A DNA stretch of 64,000 bases, taken from Cyanidioschyzon merolae. Lineage: Eukaryota. The DNA lies in assembly GCA_000091205.1 (NCBI GenBank), contig AP006484.2; one strand, written 5' to 3'. This document shows positions 35,597 to 45,861 of the stretch, in pieces (the first letter of the stretch is position 1; each line of letters starts with the position of its first letter). The position numbers and the translations under genes were made by a program. A model generated the notes under the pieces. It searched no databases. It was given only the letters and a program-made list of their open reading frames with translations, and was not told the origin of the DNA.

Positions 35597-36190
35597 TAAA
35601 CGTTAGAGGGGAAAGCTTTCCGAATCGTCGAAAGTTTGCGTTCAGAGCGAAAGGTCCCTAGAACTGTACGAGTCTGCAGGGCTAGTGCTTCATGCTCTCA
35701 CAAGTGGCTGGTGCTTTGGCGAGACGTAAGCAAATCGTCCGCAACAAAGGTTATTCTGGGACTAGGAGGGGGTAGGCTGTGTCGGGGCGTCGCCCTGGTC
35801 GCAGTGGACTCCTAGTACATCGCTTCGGGCTACAGGCAGTAGGTCTGTCTCCGCAGCTTCCTGGCTCCCGGCATGCTTATGTACTTCGACCCTCTGTCCG
35901 GTGAGCCACGCCACGCGGAGATGCCCGCAGTGGTATGGCAACGCCGTACAGTGTCCTTGATGCATCCGCTCCAGCGGCATAACTGCTATTACGAATGCAG
36001 CAGGGGAGGTACTCGGTGCAAGATAGAACGTATGGAACAACCAGTACATCCGAAAGGAAGTATACACAATGGGAATTGCAGCTAGGGTGCAGCATGATAG
36101 ACACTTTCCCCAAAGCCAATACCCATGCATTCCGCATCCTGGAATCCAAGGTCAACGTAAACGTTCTGTCATCGGCAAATAATCCGTTGC
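35597..36190 (+). repeat. Copy C of the ~590-bp repeat family (diverged, plus orientation)
   Basis: Shares with copy B the 5' block taaacgtta..gaaagctttcc..gaaagttt, a 33-mer gggcgtcgccctggtcgcagtggactcctagta (1 mismatch), GTGCTTC.TGCTC...AGTGGC.GGTGCT.TGGCGAGAC, ggaggtactcggtgca, atccgaaaggaagt, and the 3' block ggtcaacgtaaacgttctgtcatcgg.aaataatcc. Confidence 0.75.
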
Positions 36191-36198
36191 GGTCTTAT

Positions 36199-36625
36199 CC
36201 ATCCTGTCTATGATATCCAATATTATACGTTTTCAGAATCTTCCTCGATGCAGCGTGTCCATAGAGCTCACTGCCATCCTGTCTATAATGTCCAATATTA
36301 ATCGTTTTCAGAACCTTCCTCGTTGCAGCGTGTCGATGGCGCTCACTGCCATCCTGTCTATAATGTCCAATATTATCCCTATTCAGAACCTTCCTGAATG
36401 CAGCGTGTCGATGGCGCTCACTGCCACCCTGTCTATAATATCCAATATTATCCCTATTCAGAATCTTCCTCGATGCAGCGTGTCGATGGCGCTCACTGCC
36501 ATCCTGTCTATAATATCCAATATTATCCCTATTCAGAATCTTCCTCGATGCAGCGTGTCGATGGCGCTCACTGCCATCCTGTCTATAATATCCAATATTA
36601 TCCCTATTCAGAACCTTCCTCGATG
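36199..36625 (+). repeat. 75-bp minisatellite, ~5.7 tandem units, immediately 3' of repeat copy C and in frame with the bromodomain ORF
   Basis: Unit cagcgtgtcgatggcgctcactgccatcctgtctataatgtccaatattatccctattcagaaccttcctgaatg (75 bp = 25 codons). The track ORF translates MQRVDGAHCHPVYNIQYYPYSESSS three times. Confidence 0.9.
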
Positions 36626-38632
36626 CAAGTCCCCGCGCCATTCCCGCATACTCCGCTGCGCCCTCTGGTTCGTATTTGCGACGTGCAGCGCACCAGTTCC
36701 ACCTGGATGCGTCGTACCCGCCAGCATGCACCCTTTGCTGGTAACAGTATATCCTATAGCGCTCGGGAAGATGACGGTTTCCCCGATAGAGAGGATCCCG
36801 GCGATCTCGCCCTCCCGGACGACAGCTGGTCGGCGACGGGCGACGACACCGAGTCCAGTGCAGCGACGACTCGGCGCCAGCGGGTAACGCGGCGGCGAGG
36901 TCGGGCTTCGTCTCCGAGCACCGACACCAGTGAGCCTGCGCGTCAACGACAGCGACGCTCGCGCACCTCTCACATCAGTGTCGGTGACGAGTCCGGACAA
37001 CGACCGACTATCCGGACGCGCTCGGCATCGTCGCTAGAAGCAGGCGGCGTGCCCCGAGCCACTTCATCTGATCAGGATACGTTTCGGAATACCGTGGCTA
37101 TTCTCATTGAGCAGGTACGGCAGCATGATCGTTATGGGTTCTTCTGTGCCCCGGTTGATCCGGAGGAGGCGCCTGACTATCACGAAGTGATCCCAGAGCC
37201 GATGGATCTCGGTACCATGCAGAGGAAGCTCGAGACAGGCAAATATCGGCGCCTCGACGAAGTTGAGCGTGACCTAGATCTTATCTGGCGCAACTGTTTC
37301 ACATATAATCCAACAAATAGCATTTACTACCGCGAGGCGGCACGAATGCAAAAGTGGGCGCTGAAACGGGTCCAGTGGGCGCGTCAGCGACTCTGCGGCA
37401 TTACGGGAGCGCCCAGTCCCGCCGAAGGACAAAGCTTCAGTACGTCAACGCATTCTCGTGATGAAAAGGTACAGCACACCCATTCGAGGATGGTGAAAGG
37501 CGTATCGCGTGGGTCCGCGGTGGCTCTGGACTCGGCACCGCGGATGACGGTACGACTCCAGACAGAACGTCATCGGGACCCGGCTGCAGTGCCCGGCACG
37601 AGCTCGGAGCTGCCTACCGCAACCGAAACTGAAGGCAAACCGAAACCCGTTGCCGAAATGGATGTTGTTCTGGATGAGGCGCTGGACCCAGAGGCATCGT
37701 ATGCGGTGGCAGCGCAGGACCCTGGCGCCTTTATCGAGCGCGTATGGCGAGCGTTCGTGACTCGCCAAGAGCGCTTGCGTATCGAGAAGGAGCACGAACG
37801 ACTGTATCACTATCCGCGTCACAGTTCGGAGGGCGAGCGTGCTGCTGCTGACCTAGCCAGGACGATGCTTTCGCAATGGCTCGGGAAAACGATCAAACGG
37901 GCTCCGAACGATGCGGAGAAATATTTGCTGGAAATTCTTTCCGCTGCAGAGCTACCCGCCGAAACTCTCCAGCGAATGGCAACAGCATTCACGAGTCAGC
38001 AGCAGAACGGAGCAACTGCAGCAGCATCTGTTGAGGAAAACCCGTCTTTGAAGTCGAGGCCTACAGTCGGACGTGGTACACATGCAGCCGCTTCGCATGA
38101 CGATGCCCAGACCCGAGGAGCGAGTGCTTCAGCAACGGACGACTCGCCCGAGACATCAAAGGACGCGTTCATCGCCTCGCGTTGGTATGCCTTGCGACGC
38201 TCTCTTGCAGCGCTCCGGTTGGCCCAGATACAGAACGCACCCCTTTCCGAGCAACTCCGCCGCTATGATACGGTGCTCGCGCTCCTAGCACGCCAGTTGG
38301 AGACCATCCCGCCACGATTGCTCTTAGCCGAGGGTGGAGTCGAGAGCATCCGCGCATTTGCGCAGCGCCTTGTCCAATATGAAGATTCTCGTGCCGAAGA
38401 CGCAACGCCAAATGCTGAGAGTTCTGGACAAACACCGATGGCGAGTGATCCAGATGCGACGCAGCCGCAAAAGGGTGCTACAGATGGCCATAGCGTCGGT
38501 CATCACCCGGCAGCGACACCAGGAGCCGCTCATGCAAACGATGGGGGCGCTCAGACGGATCGCCCGCATGACATCAAAGTCGACGGCGTTTTTTCTGCGG
38601 GGAACGCAACTATGCTCAGACCGCAGGTTTAG
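36398..38632 (+). CDS. Bromodomain-containing protein (start codon uncertain; N-terminus may include minisatellite-encoded 25-aa repeats)
   Basis: Bromodomain FFCAPVDPEEAPDYHEVIPEPMDLGTMQRKLETGKYRRLDEVERDLDLIWRNCFTYNPTNSIYYREAARMQKWA (conserved Y...N pair). Alternative ATGs lie downstream of the repeats (~36623, ~36695). Confidence 0.7.
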   Translation: MQRVDGAHCHPVYNIQYYPYSESSSMQRVDGAHCHPVYNIQYYPYSESSSMQRVDGAHCHPVYNIQYYPYSEPSSMQVPAPFPHTPLRPLVRICDVQRTSSTWMRRTRQHAPFAGNSISYSAREDDGFPDREDPGDLALPDDSWSATGDDTESSAATTRRQRVTRRRGRASSPSTDTSEPARQRQRRSRTSHISVGDESGQRPTIRTRSASSLEAGGVPRATSSDQDTFRNTVAILIEQVRQHDRYGFFCAPVDPEEAPDYHEVIPEPMDLGTMQRKLETGKYRRLDEVERDLDLIWRNCFTYNPTNSIYYREAARMQKWALKRVQWARQRLCGITGAPSPAEGQSFSTSTHSRDEKVQHTHSRMVKGVSRGSAVALDSAPRMTVRLQTERHRDPAAVPGTSSELPTATETEGKPKPVAEMDVVLDEALDPEASYAVAAQDPGAFIERVWRAFVTRQERLRIEKEHERLYHYPRHSSEGERAAADLARTMLSQWLGKTIKRAPNDAEKYLLEILSAAELPAETLQRMATAFTSQQQNGATAAASVEENPSLKSRPTVGRGTHAAASHDDAQTRGASASATDDSPETSKDAFIASRWYALRRSLAALRLAQIQNAPLSEQLRRYDTVLALLARQLETIPPRLLLAEGGVESIRAFAQRLVQYEDSRAEDATPNAESSGQTPMASDPDATQPQKGATDGHSVGHHPAATPGAAHANDGGAQTDRPHDIKVDGVFSAGNATMLRPQV

Positions 38633-40387
38633 GGAAGCGCGGAAAAATGTCGCCAATTCGTGCATTCGCTTTCCTGAGGCGTAACGTTTGTCGCCCAACG
38701 CGCTTCGTGATCGGCAGTGATGGCTCCTCACTTCACCAGATACGTCTCTGAAAGCCGCATGACTCACGATAAACGCCTTGTTTGCTTCCGAAGAGTTGCG
38801 AGCGGCACTTGTGTAGCACCGAGGCGGCGTCCATGTGCGAATGCTTTCAGCGACACGCGCCGGCTTGCTACTGTGTCCGAAGCTCATTGCGCAGCTGCGG
38901 TGGTTTCGTGAACGTCACCACCTAGACGCGCGTGGCAAGTGCGCTGGAGGTGTCGTGGAGGTCCCTTTGGTTATCGCCGTTGTGTTTGCTGGCGAAGCAG
39001 ATGGATGAACCGAGGATTGCCCGCTGTCTGGTGGGTATGCTGGGGCTCCACCGCGCTTCGGCATCGGAACGCTGATGGAGAACATTGCACTGAAACCGCT
39101 TCCAAGAAAGACACGGCGTCATCGGACTCCAACATGGAAAGGCACCGACACGCTGGGAAGACTAACCGGATTGAAACCGCTTCCACGAGAGATGCGGCCC
39201 CGTCCATGACTGTCTTTGGGGAACTCTCCATATGGGCAAGTCCTCACTGAACAGGACACCTACGCAAATATACTCTGATGACGAGCTCGCCATATGTCAT
39301 GCGTGGTCGGATCCAGTAACACCATTGCCCTCTGGATGCCGGTTCAACATCCTTGCGCCCCAATAGAAGACCAGATATGGACAGGGAATAGACTCCGGGT
39401 GTACATCCACGGCAGAAAACTCGGATGTGCACGCTAAAGCTGGGGTCTCTCGTATGCGTTATCATCAACACCAGCCGTTGCAGGCATTCTTCGTTGGATA
39501 CTTGCTCATCCTCCACTGTCCTCGGGTTTCAATACGCCGGTCGCGACTGCTCCCGGAGGTCCGTTGTCAGCGGTCGAAACGTGTTCATTGCTGGGAGTGA
39601 GTCCCGATCTCTCTGCTTCCGCTTGTTATTGTGGAGTTTCATGTACACGTAAAAGTCGCGATCTGCGTTTCGCTTCCCGTTGTTGTCTTCTTCCTGTACA
39701 GCCTCGTCGTGCACATCGCAACGGTGAAACTTGACTGTGGTCAGGTGCTTCCAAGAGTCGGCTACACACCATGCTCCGAAGGCGGAGCTGTATCGCGTGA
39801 ACGCTTGGTTCATCGCTCGACTCGGGCGCTCGAAGGGAACAAGAGGCCCCGCTCAATGTCGTAATCCGGTTTCACGCCAGATACCATACCCGACGATCCG
39901 GGGCTTTTTCTTCCAGGTATTATTGTCGCCGAGTAGTCTGTCTGCTGCACAAGTAGATGCAGGCGGTTCCATTCGGCAGAGGATTTGTGGTGCGCGATAA
40001 TGCCCACCATGAAACATGTACCGGAAGCAGCATCCAGTTTGGAGAAGAATCCGAAAATCTTGGATCCGTCTACGCTTGCTTCGTGGAAACCGGTGACGCG
40101 CTCTCCACTGGAAGCGAATGTTGCGGTGGCTAAATTACGAGTCCAAGACTTTTTTCCATGCAAACAGAAGAGACTCTGCACTCAACCAGCATATCCGGTT
40201 AGAGGGATCGTGTCGCTGCTGCATTCAGTTTCGCGGATGGCCATCGGAAAGCCTAGGATTTGTATTTCGAACGGATTCCTTTCATGGATGTCGAAAATAA
40301 GGGGTTTTTCGACATGAGCTTGCACGCAAGCAGTCAAGTAACGACGTCTACCGTATTGATTGCCGCCTATCCAGCGGCGTTGATCGC

Positions 40388-40410
40388 CACACACATACAT
40401 ACACACACAC
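40388..40410. repeat. (CA)n microsatellite
   Basis: Direct reading: cacacacatacatacacacacac. Confidence 0.85.
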
Positions 40411-41340
40411 GAGTTGCCTTGAAAGAGAAAGATCGAAACGTTAAACACAGCGTAATTCGAGCATGCTACGTGTAACGAAAACAGAATAATGGAGGCTTGA
40501 ACATATGACCTGGAAGAGAATGTCAGTTGTTGAACGAACCCGTATTCAAGTTCGTCGCAGATCATCTTTATTCCGATCACGGAACGTATCCCAGTGGTAA
40601 AAGTTCGACACTGCATTTTGTGAAACACGTCCAGGAATCTCCATAAAAGTACCACTATATTTGCATCCGGCAGCATTGAGTACTGCACGTCGACTGTCCA
40701 CGCTGCACATTTATGAACAATTTCGGAACGAAAAACGAATACGGCGGGATGAGGTCGAGCAGTTCGGCGTTCCTTGTGCATCTGACACTTGTTTTATGAT
40801 TGCGTGACAAGACGCGAGACTTTGCACCACCTGGTCCTGGTTTATGATGTAGTATTCGTCTTACAAGCAACGTGAGCAACCTCCTATCCTGGAGACCACA
40901 CCATCACGCTATTGAATATTCGAACATGCACTGGAAGGTATACTCTTCAACGTCTTCATTGTTTGAAGCTCAGTACTAGGCGAGTAAAGTCTCTGGCTGT
41001 GGAGCGCAAGACACAGAGTTCCGGTGTCAGTGAATCGCTGGCCATCGCCTTGCTCTCGGTGCTGGCCTCAGGAGTACACGCGTACGCTCAGCGATACTGT
41101 CAAATATCAAACGCTGATCACGGAATGCAATGATGGACTGCTCTGGCTACCATGGATCATTATCATGATCATTGGGTCAATGGTTCCTGAAAAAACCGCA
41201 CAATAGATATCGCTGAACTTGCATGCGATCGAGTCTCCTATGAATTCCTTGAATAGACCGAATACACACGAAATACATTTCTCTATCCCGCGAAACGAGC
41301 ACCCATGCGACGATTCCAAGGACTTGTTCGGTAAACGAAA

Positions 41341-41366
41341 GCACACACACACACACATACACACGG
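41341..41366. repeat. (CA)n microsatellite
   Basis: Direct reading: gcacacacacacacacatacacac. Confidence 0.85.
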
Positions 41367-41674
41367 AATGCCTTTTATGTCGTGCTGAACTGGCCTGTAA
41401 TCGGGCTCGAAGGGAACAAGCTCCCCGATGAGGTTATCGTCTAGGCGACCTCGACTCTCGTGCAGCCGGGTTCGCCCATGAAACCAGTGGATAAAACCCC
41501 CGTCGACGCACGGAACTATCAACGAGATGACAGCACCGGCTTTATCATGAAGACACCGTCTCATGGCATATGCTCGCCAGGGACTGCGCGTTCACTCCGC
41601 AATCATCATTGCAGTCATGTGTGGCGTCTGTTATCATGCACAGAGTCACGAGCAGTCTCCAAGTGGTATATCCA

Positions 41675-44431
41675 TCACGACATCGACGACGAAGCGTTCG
41701 GTCTGCCCGGTGCATTCAAGGGATCCCCGCTCGCGCCGCCTGCGCCTTGCGAGTTCTTCTGTACGCGTGAGGTGTGACGCCACAAATTCGGAGGCCGCTG
41801 CCGCTTATATTTGACCCAGAAGAGGCCACAGGCGTTGCAGAGCCGCTGCTCCTTGTTCTCTCCCTGACGCCACCCCGGTGTCTCTGTCGTACCGCAGTTG
41901 GCACAGCTCAGGGGCATCTCGGGTGTCGCGCTTTTAGCCCAGGTTGCACTGGATGACGGGCGCATGCCCTTCAGCGCAGAGCTCACCGCAACTTTCAAGT
42001 TGCCTGCACTCGCGGACGTTCTTGGTATCGCTGTTCGTCCTGTGGATGCCGGGGCAGCAACCCGGCCTAAACCGTCAAGCGGGCGTTGCATCGCGGCCGT
42101 CAACGGGTGCAGTGGTCTGCTGTGTACCAGAGCTTGGGCAGACGACGTCGATGTGGTCGTTATCGCCCCCGCTGGCGCTACTTTGCCAGGCATTGCCCGG
42201 GCGAGGGTCTCCTCGTAGGACCCGTCCATAGCCGCAGCAACAAGCCGTCTGGGTAACGCTGCGGCACCGGCCGTGGACGCCTGTTCCGTCACCTGAATCA
42301 TCGACTCTAAATAGGGGATACGCTTCCCGCGCGTATTCGTGCGTTCCCATAGATAGTCTCGAAGTGCGCGCAGCTCTGCAGCAGCCACTCCGTAGGGCAA
42401 GTCTTCGCGCAACGAGTCCAAAGGCACCGCTTCGACCTGTTCAGCAAGCTCCGGATCCAAGACAGTATCCAGTAACCAGTCTAGGTCGAGACCGTCGTGT
42501 TGCAGTTGCTGTACTTTGGCACGGAACGCTCCATAACATCGCTCAAATTGTGCTAAGCGAGCTTCCTGCTCATCTTCAAGCTTTCTCTCCCAGGCAAGCA
42601 CATCATTTTTCCACTGTTGAAGTAGTCGCTCGTGCTCCTTCTCCGGTGATAGCAGCTCATCCACGATTCGATGCGCCATGAGGCCAGCATCCGTCACATA
42701 GCGACGCAACGAGTTTGCGTAAGCATCCAAGGCTAAAAAGGTGCGTCCCTGCAGAGGTCGACAGGGATTCGCCCTGTACAGACTCGCTGCTCCGACCGAA
42801 TCTCCGTGCAGATGCTCCTCATGAGGGCATTGTGAACGCGACGATTCCTTGGTTGCCTGATCTGTTGGGCGCACCGTGAACGGCGCTGTCGTTATCGACG
42901 TAAGCGGACGCTCTCGAAGCGACCATCCGGGCCGTTTCCGCGAGATCTGACTCAGCAGGTGCCGAAACGAAACAGCCGAACGAGGCGCTGGTCCAGCCAC
43001 CAGACCAGTATTCGTATCCTTCAACGCAGCAGAGCGCGAATAGCGTTGCCGCAGCCACTCTTTGGCCATCACCTCTTGGAGATGCAGATACGAGGAGGAG
43101 ATCCGACTGAGGAGAGACGGCCACCATCGATGCTGCTGTTGCACGAGTTCGAGCCAGAGCGGCTGGCGAGCGCCACCGCTCCCTGAACTAGATTCATTTT
43201 TGGCATAACGAGGCCCGCCGGCACCCGCTTCCGTCCCTTGAACATCATTCACCGCAGACGCTTCGCTCCGCGTCAGGTTGGTTTGGTTCCCGCCATCGCT
43301 TTGAGAGGCAATGTTTCGCGAGGCTACGGTAACTGATCCCTGCTCGAGAAGTGAGATGCGAATCGCTAGCATCGACGGCTGACCAGTCGTAGAATGCTCA
43401 CGGTCCGCAGGCACGAGTGCGGTTGAGGCGGCAGTTCGACGAGGCTGCTCCGCTGACGACTCCCCCGGACTCGAGTCCTCGCTAGGAAGACAGCTCGCTC
43501 GAAAGCGCACCGTCGATGGCCACGTGCTCGTATCGGAACGTTCAGGGACTACCGAAGCACGTTGGGTATACGAGCTGACTGCAGCGTCGCCAGTTAACTG
43601 CCGCTCATTGCTCCCGACTGGAGCCTGTTGTGACTCATTCAAGGATGAAGCATCACTTTTGGCATGTGCTCGAGGGCGACTCTGCCGTGGATGCGAACGC
43701 AGAAAGCGCTCGACGGCTTCTCGCAAGGTCGGCTCGTTCCGCAGGCGAAGAAGCCGTTCTCGGGCATTTTTCCAGGCTTTCCGTGCTTCCTGTTTACAAG
43801 CCTTGCCAGCTTGATAAAAAATGGAGTCTGGTGGGTTAAACTGGAAACAGTTACGCCAGACCAAGTCGCAGTCATGCAGCACTTGGCTGAAGCTCGTATA
43901 CGCCGCGCTCTCGATCCGCTGTCTAATCGTTCCCAGGTCCATGGGCTCTTTGATGATATCTAGATAGGCGGGAACGGCTACCGGGTCGACGGGCTCCGCA
44001 AATATTCGATGTATGTCACGCCTTTGGATGCCATCGATCGCTTTCAACAGAATGGCTTTAATGGAAGGCCAAGCGTTTCCGAGTTCTCGCTCGGAAATCG
44101 TCACGACAGCACTGCGGGGACGTTTCCGCTGTCGAGTTCGCTCGACGGTGCCGCTGTTGATCCTCTTGGACCTGGACTCGCCAGGCGGTTCGTAGGATGT
44201 GTTTGTCTCTGTCAAGTTCGATGCAGATAATCCTCCAAATGAAACATTCGGTGTCGCTTGAGGCCCGTGTGCCATCGATGCATCTTGGTTGCCAGCTACC
44301 GACAGTGTACGGTTTTCGCTCCCCAGCTCGGTAGCACTGGGCACAATTGTTTGTGTGGCACCAGTTGCAGCTGTACTTGTCGTTGCGTCGACTTTGGTAG
44401 TCGAGTGCGTTGCGCTTCCAGAGATCTCCAT
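41675..44431 (-). CDS. Bromodomain protein with a C-terminal GATA-type zinc finger
   Basis: Bromodomain IFAEPVDPVAVPAYLDIIKEPMDLGTIRQRIESAAYTSFSQVLHDCDLVWRNCFQFNPPDSIFYQAGKA. GATA finger CANCGTTETPGWRQGENKEQRLCNACGLFWVKYKRQRP (C-x2-C-x18-C-x2-C, plant-like spacing) near the C-terminus at ~41.9 kb. The track start at 44446 is GTG; the ATG is at 44431. Confidence 0.7.
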   Translation of the reverse strand: MEISGSATHSTTKVDATTSTAATGATQTIVPSATELGSENRTLSVAGNQDASMAHGPQATPNVSFGGLSASNLTETNTSYEPPGESRSKRINSGTVERTRQRKRPRSAVVTISERELGNAWPSIKAILLKAIDGIQRRDIHRIFAEPVDPVAVPAYLDIIKEPMDLGTIRQRIESAAYTSFSQVLHDCDLVWRNCFQFNPPDSIFYQAGKACKQEARKAWKNARERLLRLRNEPTLREAVERFLRSHPRQSRPRAHAKSDASSLNESQQAPVGSNERQLTGDAAVSSYTQRASVVPERSDTSTWPSTVRFRASCLPSEDSSPGESSAEQPRRTAASTALVPADREHSTTGQPSMLAIRISLLEQGSVTVASRNIASQSDGGNQTNLTRSEASAVNDVQGTEAGAGGPRYAKNESSSGSGGARQPLWLELVQQQHRWWPSLLSRISSSYLHLQEVMAKEWLRQRYSRSAALKDTNTGLVAGPAPRSAVSFRHLLSQISRKRPGWSLRERPLTSITTAPFTVRPTDQATKESSRSQCPHEEHLHGDSVGAASLYRANPCRPLQGRTFLALDAYANSLRRYVTDAGLMAHRIVDELLSPEKEHERLLQQWKNDVLAWERKLEDEQEARLAQFERCYGAFRAKVQQLQHDGLDLDWLLDTVLDPELAEQVEAVPLDSLREDLPYGVAAAELRALRDYLWERTNTRGKRIPYLESMIQVTEQASTAGAAALPRRLVAAAMDGSYEETLARAMPGKVAPAGAITTTSTSSAQALVHSRPLHPLTAAMQRPLDGLGRVAAPASTGRTAIPRTSASAGNLKVAVSSALKGMRPSSSATWAKSATPEMPLSCANCGTTETPGWRQGENKEQRLCNACGLFWVKYKRQRPPNLWRHTSRVQKNSQGAGGASGDPLNAPGRPNASSSMS

Positions 44432-44937
44432 CAAAACCCACGACACTCAGGATAGTACAGTCTTGTGTGGCTTGCTTCGAGCGCTCTCGCGCCCACTGTT
44501 CAGCGTTCGGGCTGGAGAGGCGGCGCGGCTCAGGTGTGATGCCCCGAGGTCGCCACGCTGCCTCTCCCTGCAGGAGAGTAACTCCGTTCGAAGGGTTTCG
44601 AGCCTTCAATTGCCCTGCAAATCAAAAGCAAAGTCCTGCCCCGCGCCAGAGACGCTGCAGTGAAACGTCTGCGCCGCGTCCTGGAAGCTCACCGGCGGGA
44701 GACACCGAGCGCACGCGCGTTGGCGCCTAGTCCAACGATGAACCCTAATCTTGTTCGACGCTGGCGAAGAACTCTCCAACACTTTAGCGCTCCAGCAAGC
44801 GAACTTGCCGCCGTTTGCCTCTGAAAGAAACGTCCTAGTAGTGAGCTCGTGGAGCACGATTGCTATGAAAGTCGACGTTGGCCAGCACGACTGATACGGA
44901 TCCAGCCTCGCGTTCGGGTCAGCCAAGTAACCCGGAT

Positions 44938-45101
44938 GCGATAAACTGTATACATAGGGATGAAATGGGACAGAATTCTCCTCTTCGTCACCTGAACGCC
45001 AACTTGATTGCTAAACGATGCGATAAACTGTATACATAGGGATGAAATGGGACAGAACTCTCCTCTTCTTCACCTGAACGCCAACTTGATTGCTAAACGA
45101 T
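44938..45101. repeat. Tandem duplication, 2 x 82 bp
   Basis: gcgataaactgtatacatagggatgaaatgggacagaa(t/c)tctcctcttc(g/t)tcacctgaacgccaacttgattgctaaacgat occurs twice back-to-back. Confidence 0.9.
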
Positions 45102-45861
45102 ATTGGCCAATCTTGTTACCCGAAAACCTTTTCTTATTTCGTTAGCGTGCCATCCGAGTTGTCTTTGGCGTGCGTAACAACCGGTGGACACAATTTGCTG
45201 TGGTGCGCTAATAACTGCTCGGAAACCTGGTCCAGTGCACTTGTTTTGTGCGGAACGCGTCGGGGTACAGCGCTACCTAACGGACCCGTGTTCGCTGGTG
45301 GGCGTGTGTGTGTGAAGCGGCCAGGTTTCCAGAAACGAGCGTTCGGAACTCTTCACGATATCGAGGCGTTTTTTCGAGGCATTCGAGTGGTGGCGCAACC
45401 TCGTTCAATACCGAGAAAGGAAGCACGCTGTGTGTCCTGCGAACGCGCTTCCAGCAACTTGCGTCGTTCGAGTGCTCCGTCCGCTCTGCATCTAAACGAC
45501 TGCACACGCTTTAGCTCCCGCTTGAGGAGGTATTTGGACACTTCGCACTAGTCAGCAATTGCGCTGCTGGCACGCAACCGAGCCGAAGTAGCCGACTACT
45601 GCAACTCGCGGAAGAACCGGGTCAAGTGTGCAGGGCTCGCTCGCGAGTCTCCGAGACGCGTCTGAGCTCACAAAGGTGAGCGCCTCAAGGCACTGCCTTG
45701 AAAACCGGTGCCCATCTTTGCCATGGCGGGGTGCTGTCATTGCACCCGCCCAGCAACCTCGTCGCTGAAGCACGACACAGGCAGCACACAGCTTGCCAGT
45801 GCTTGACGCTCTGCACGAACCTGTGAACCTGAGATCTGGACCTTGGGTATCCCCCGAAGCA

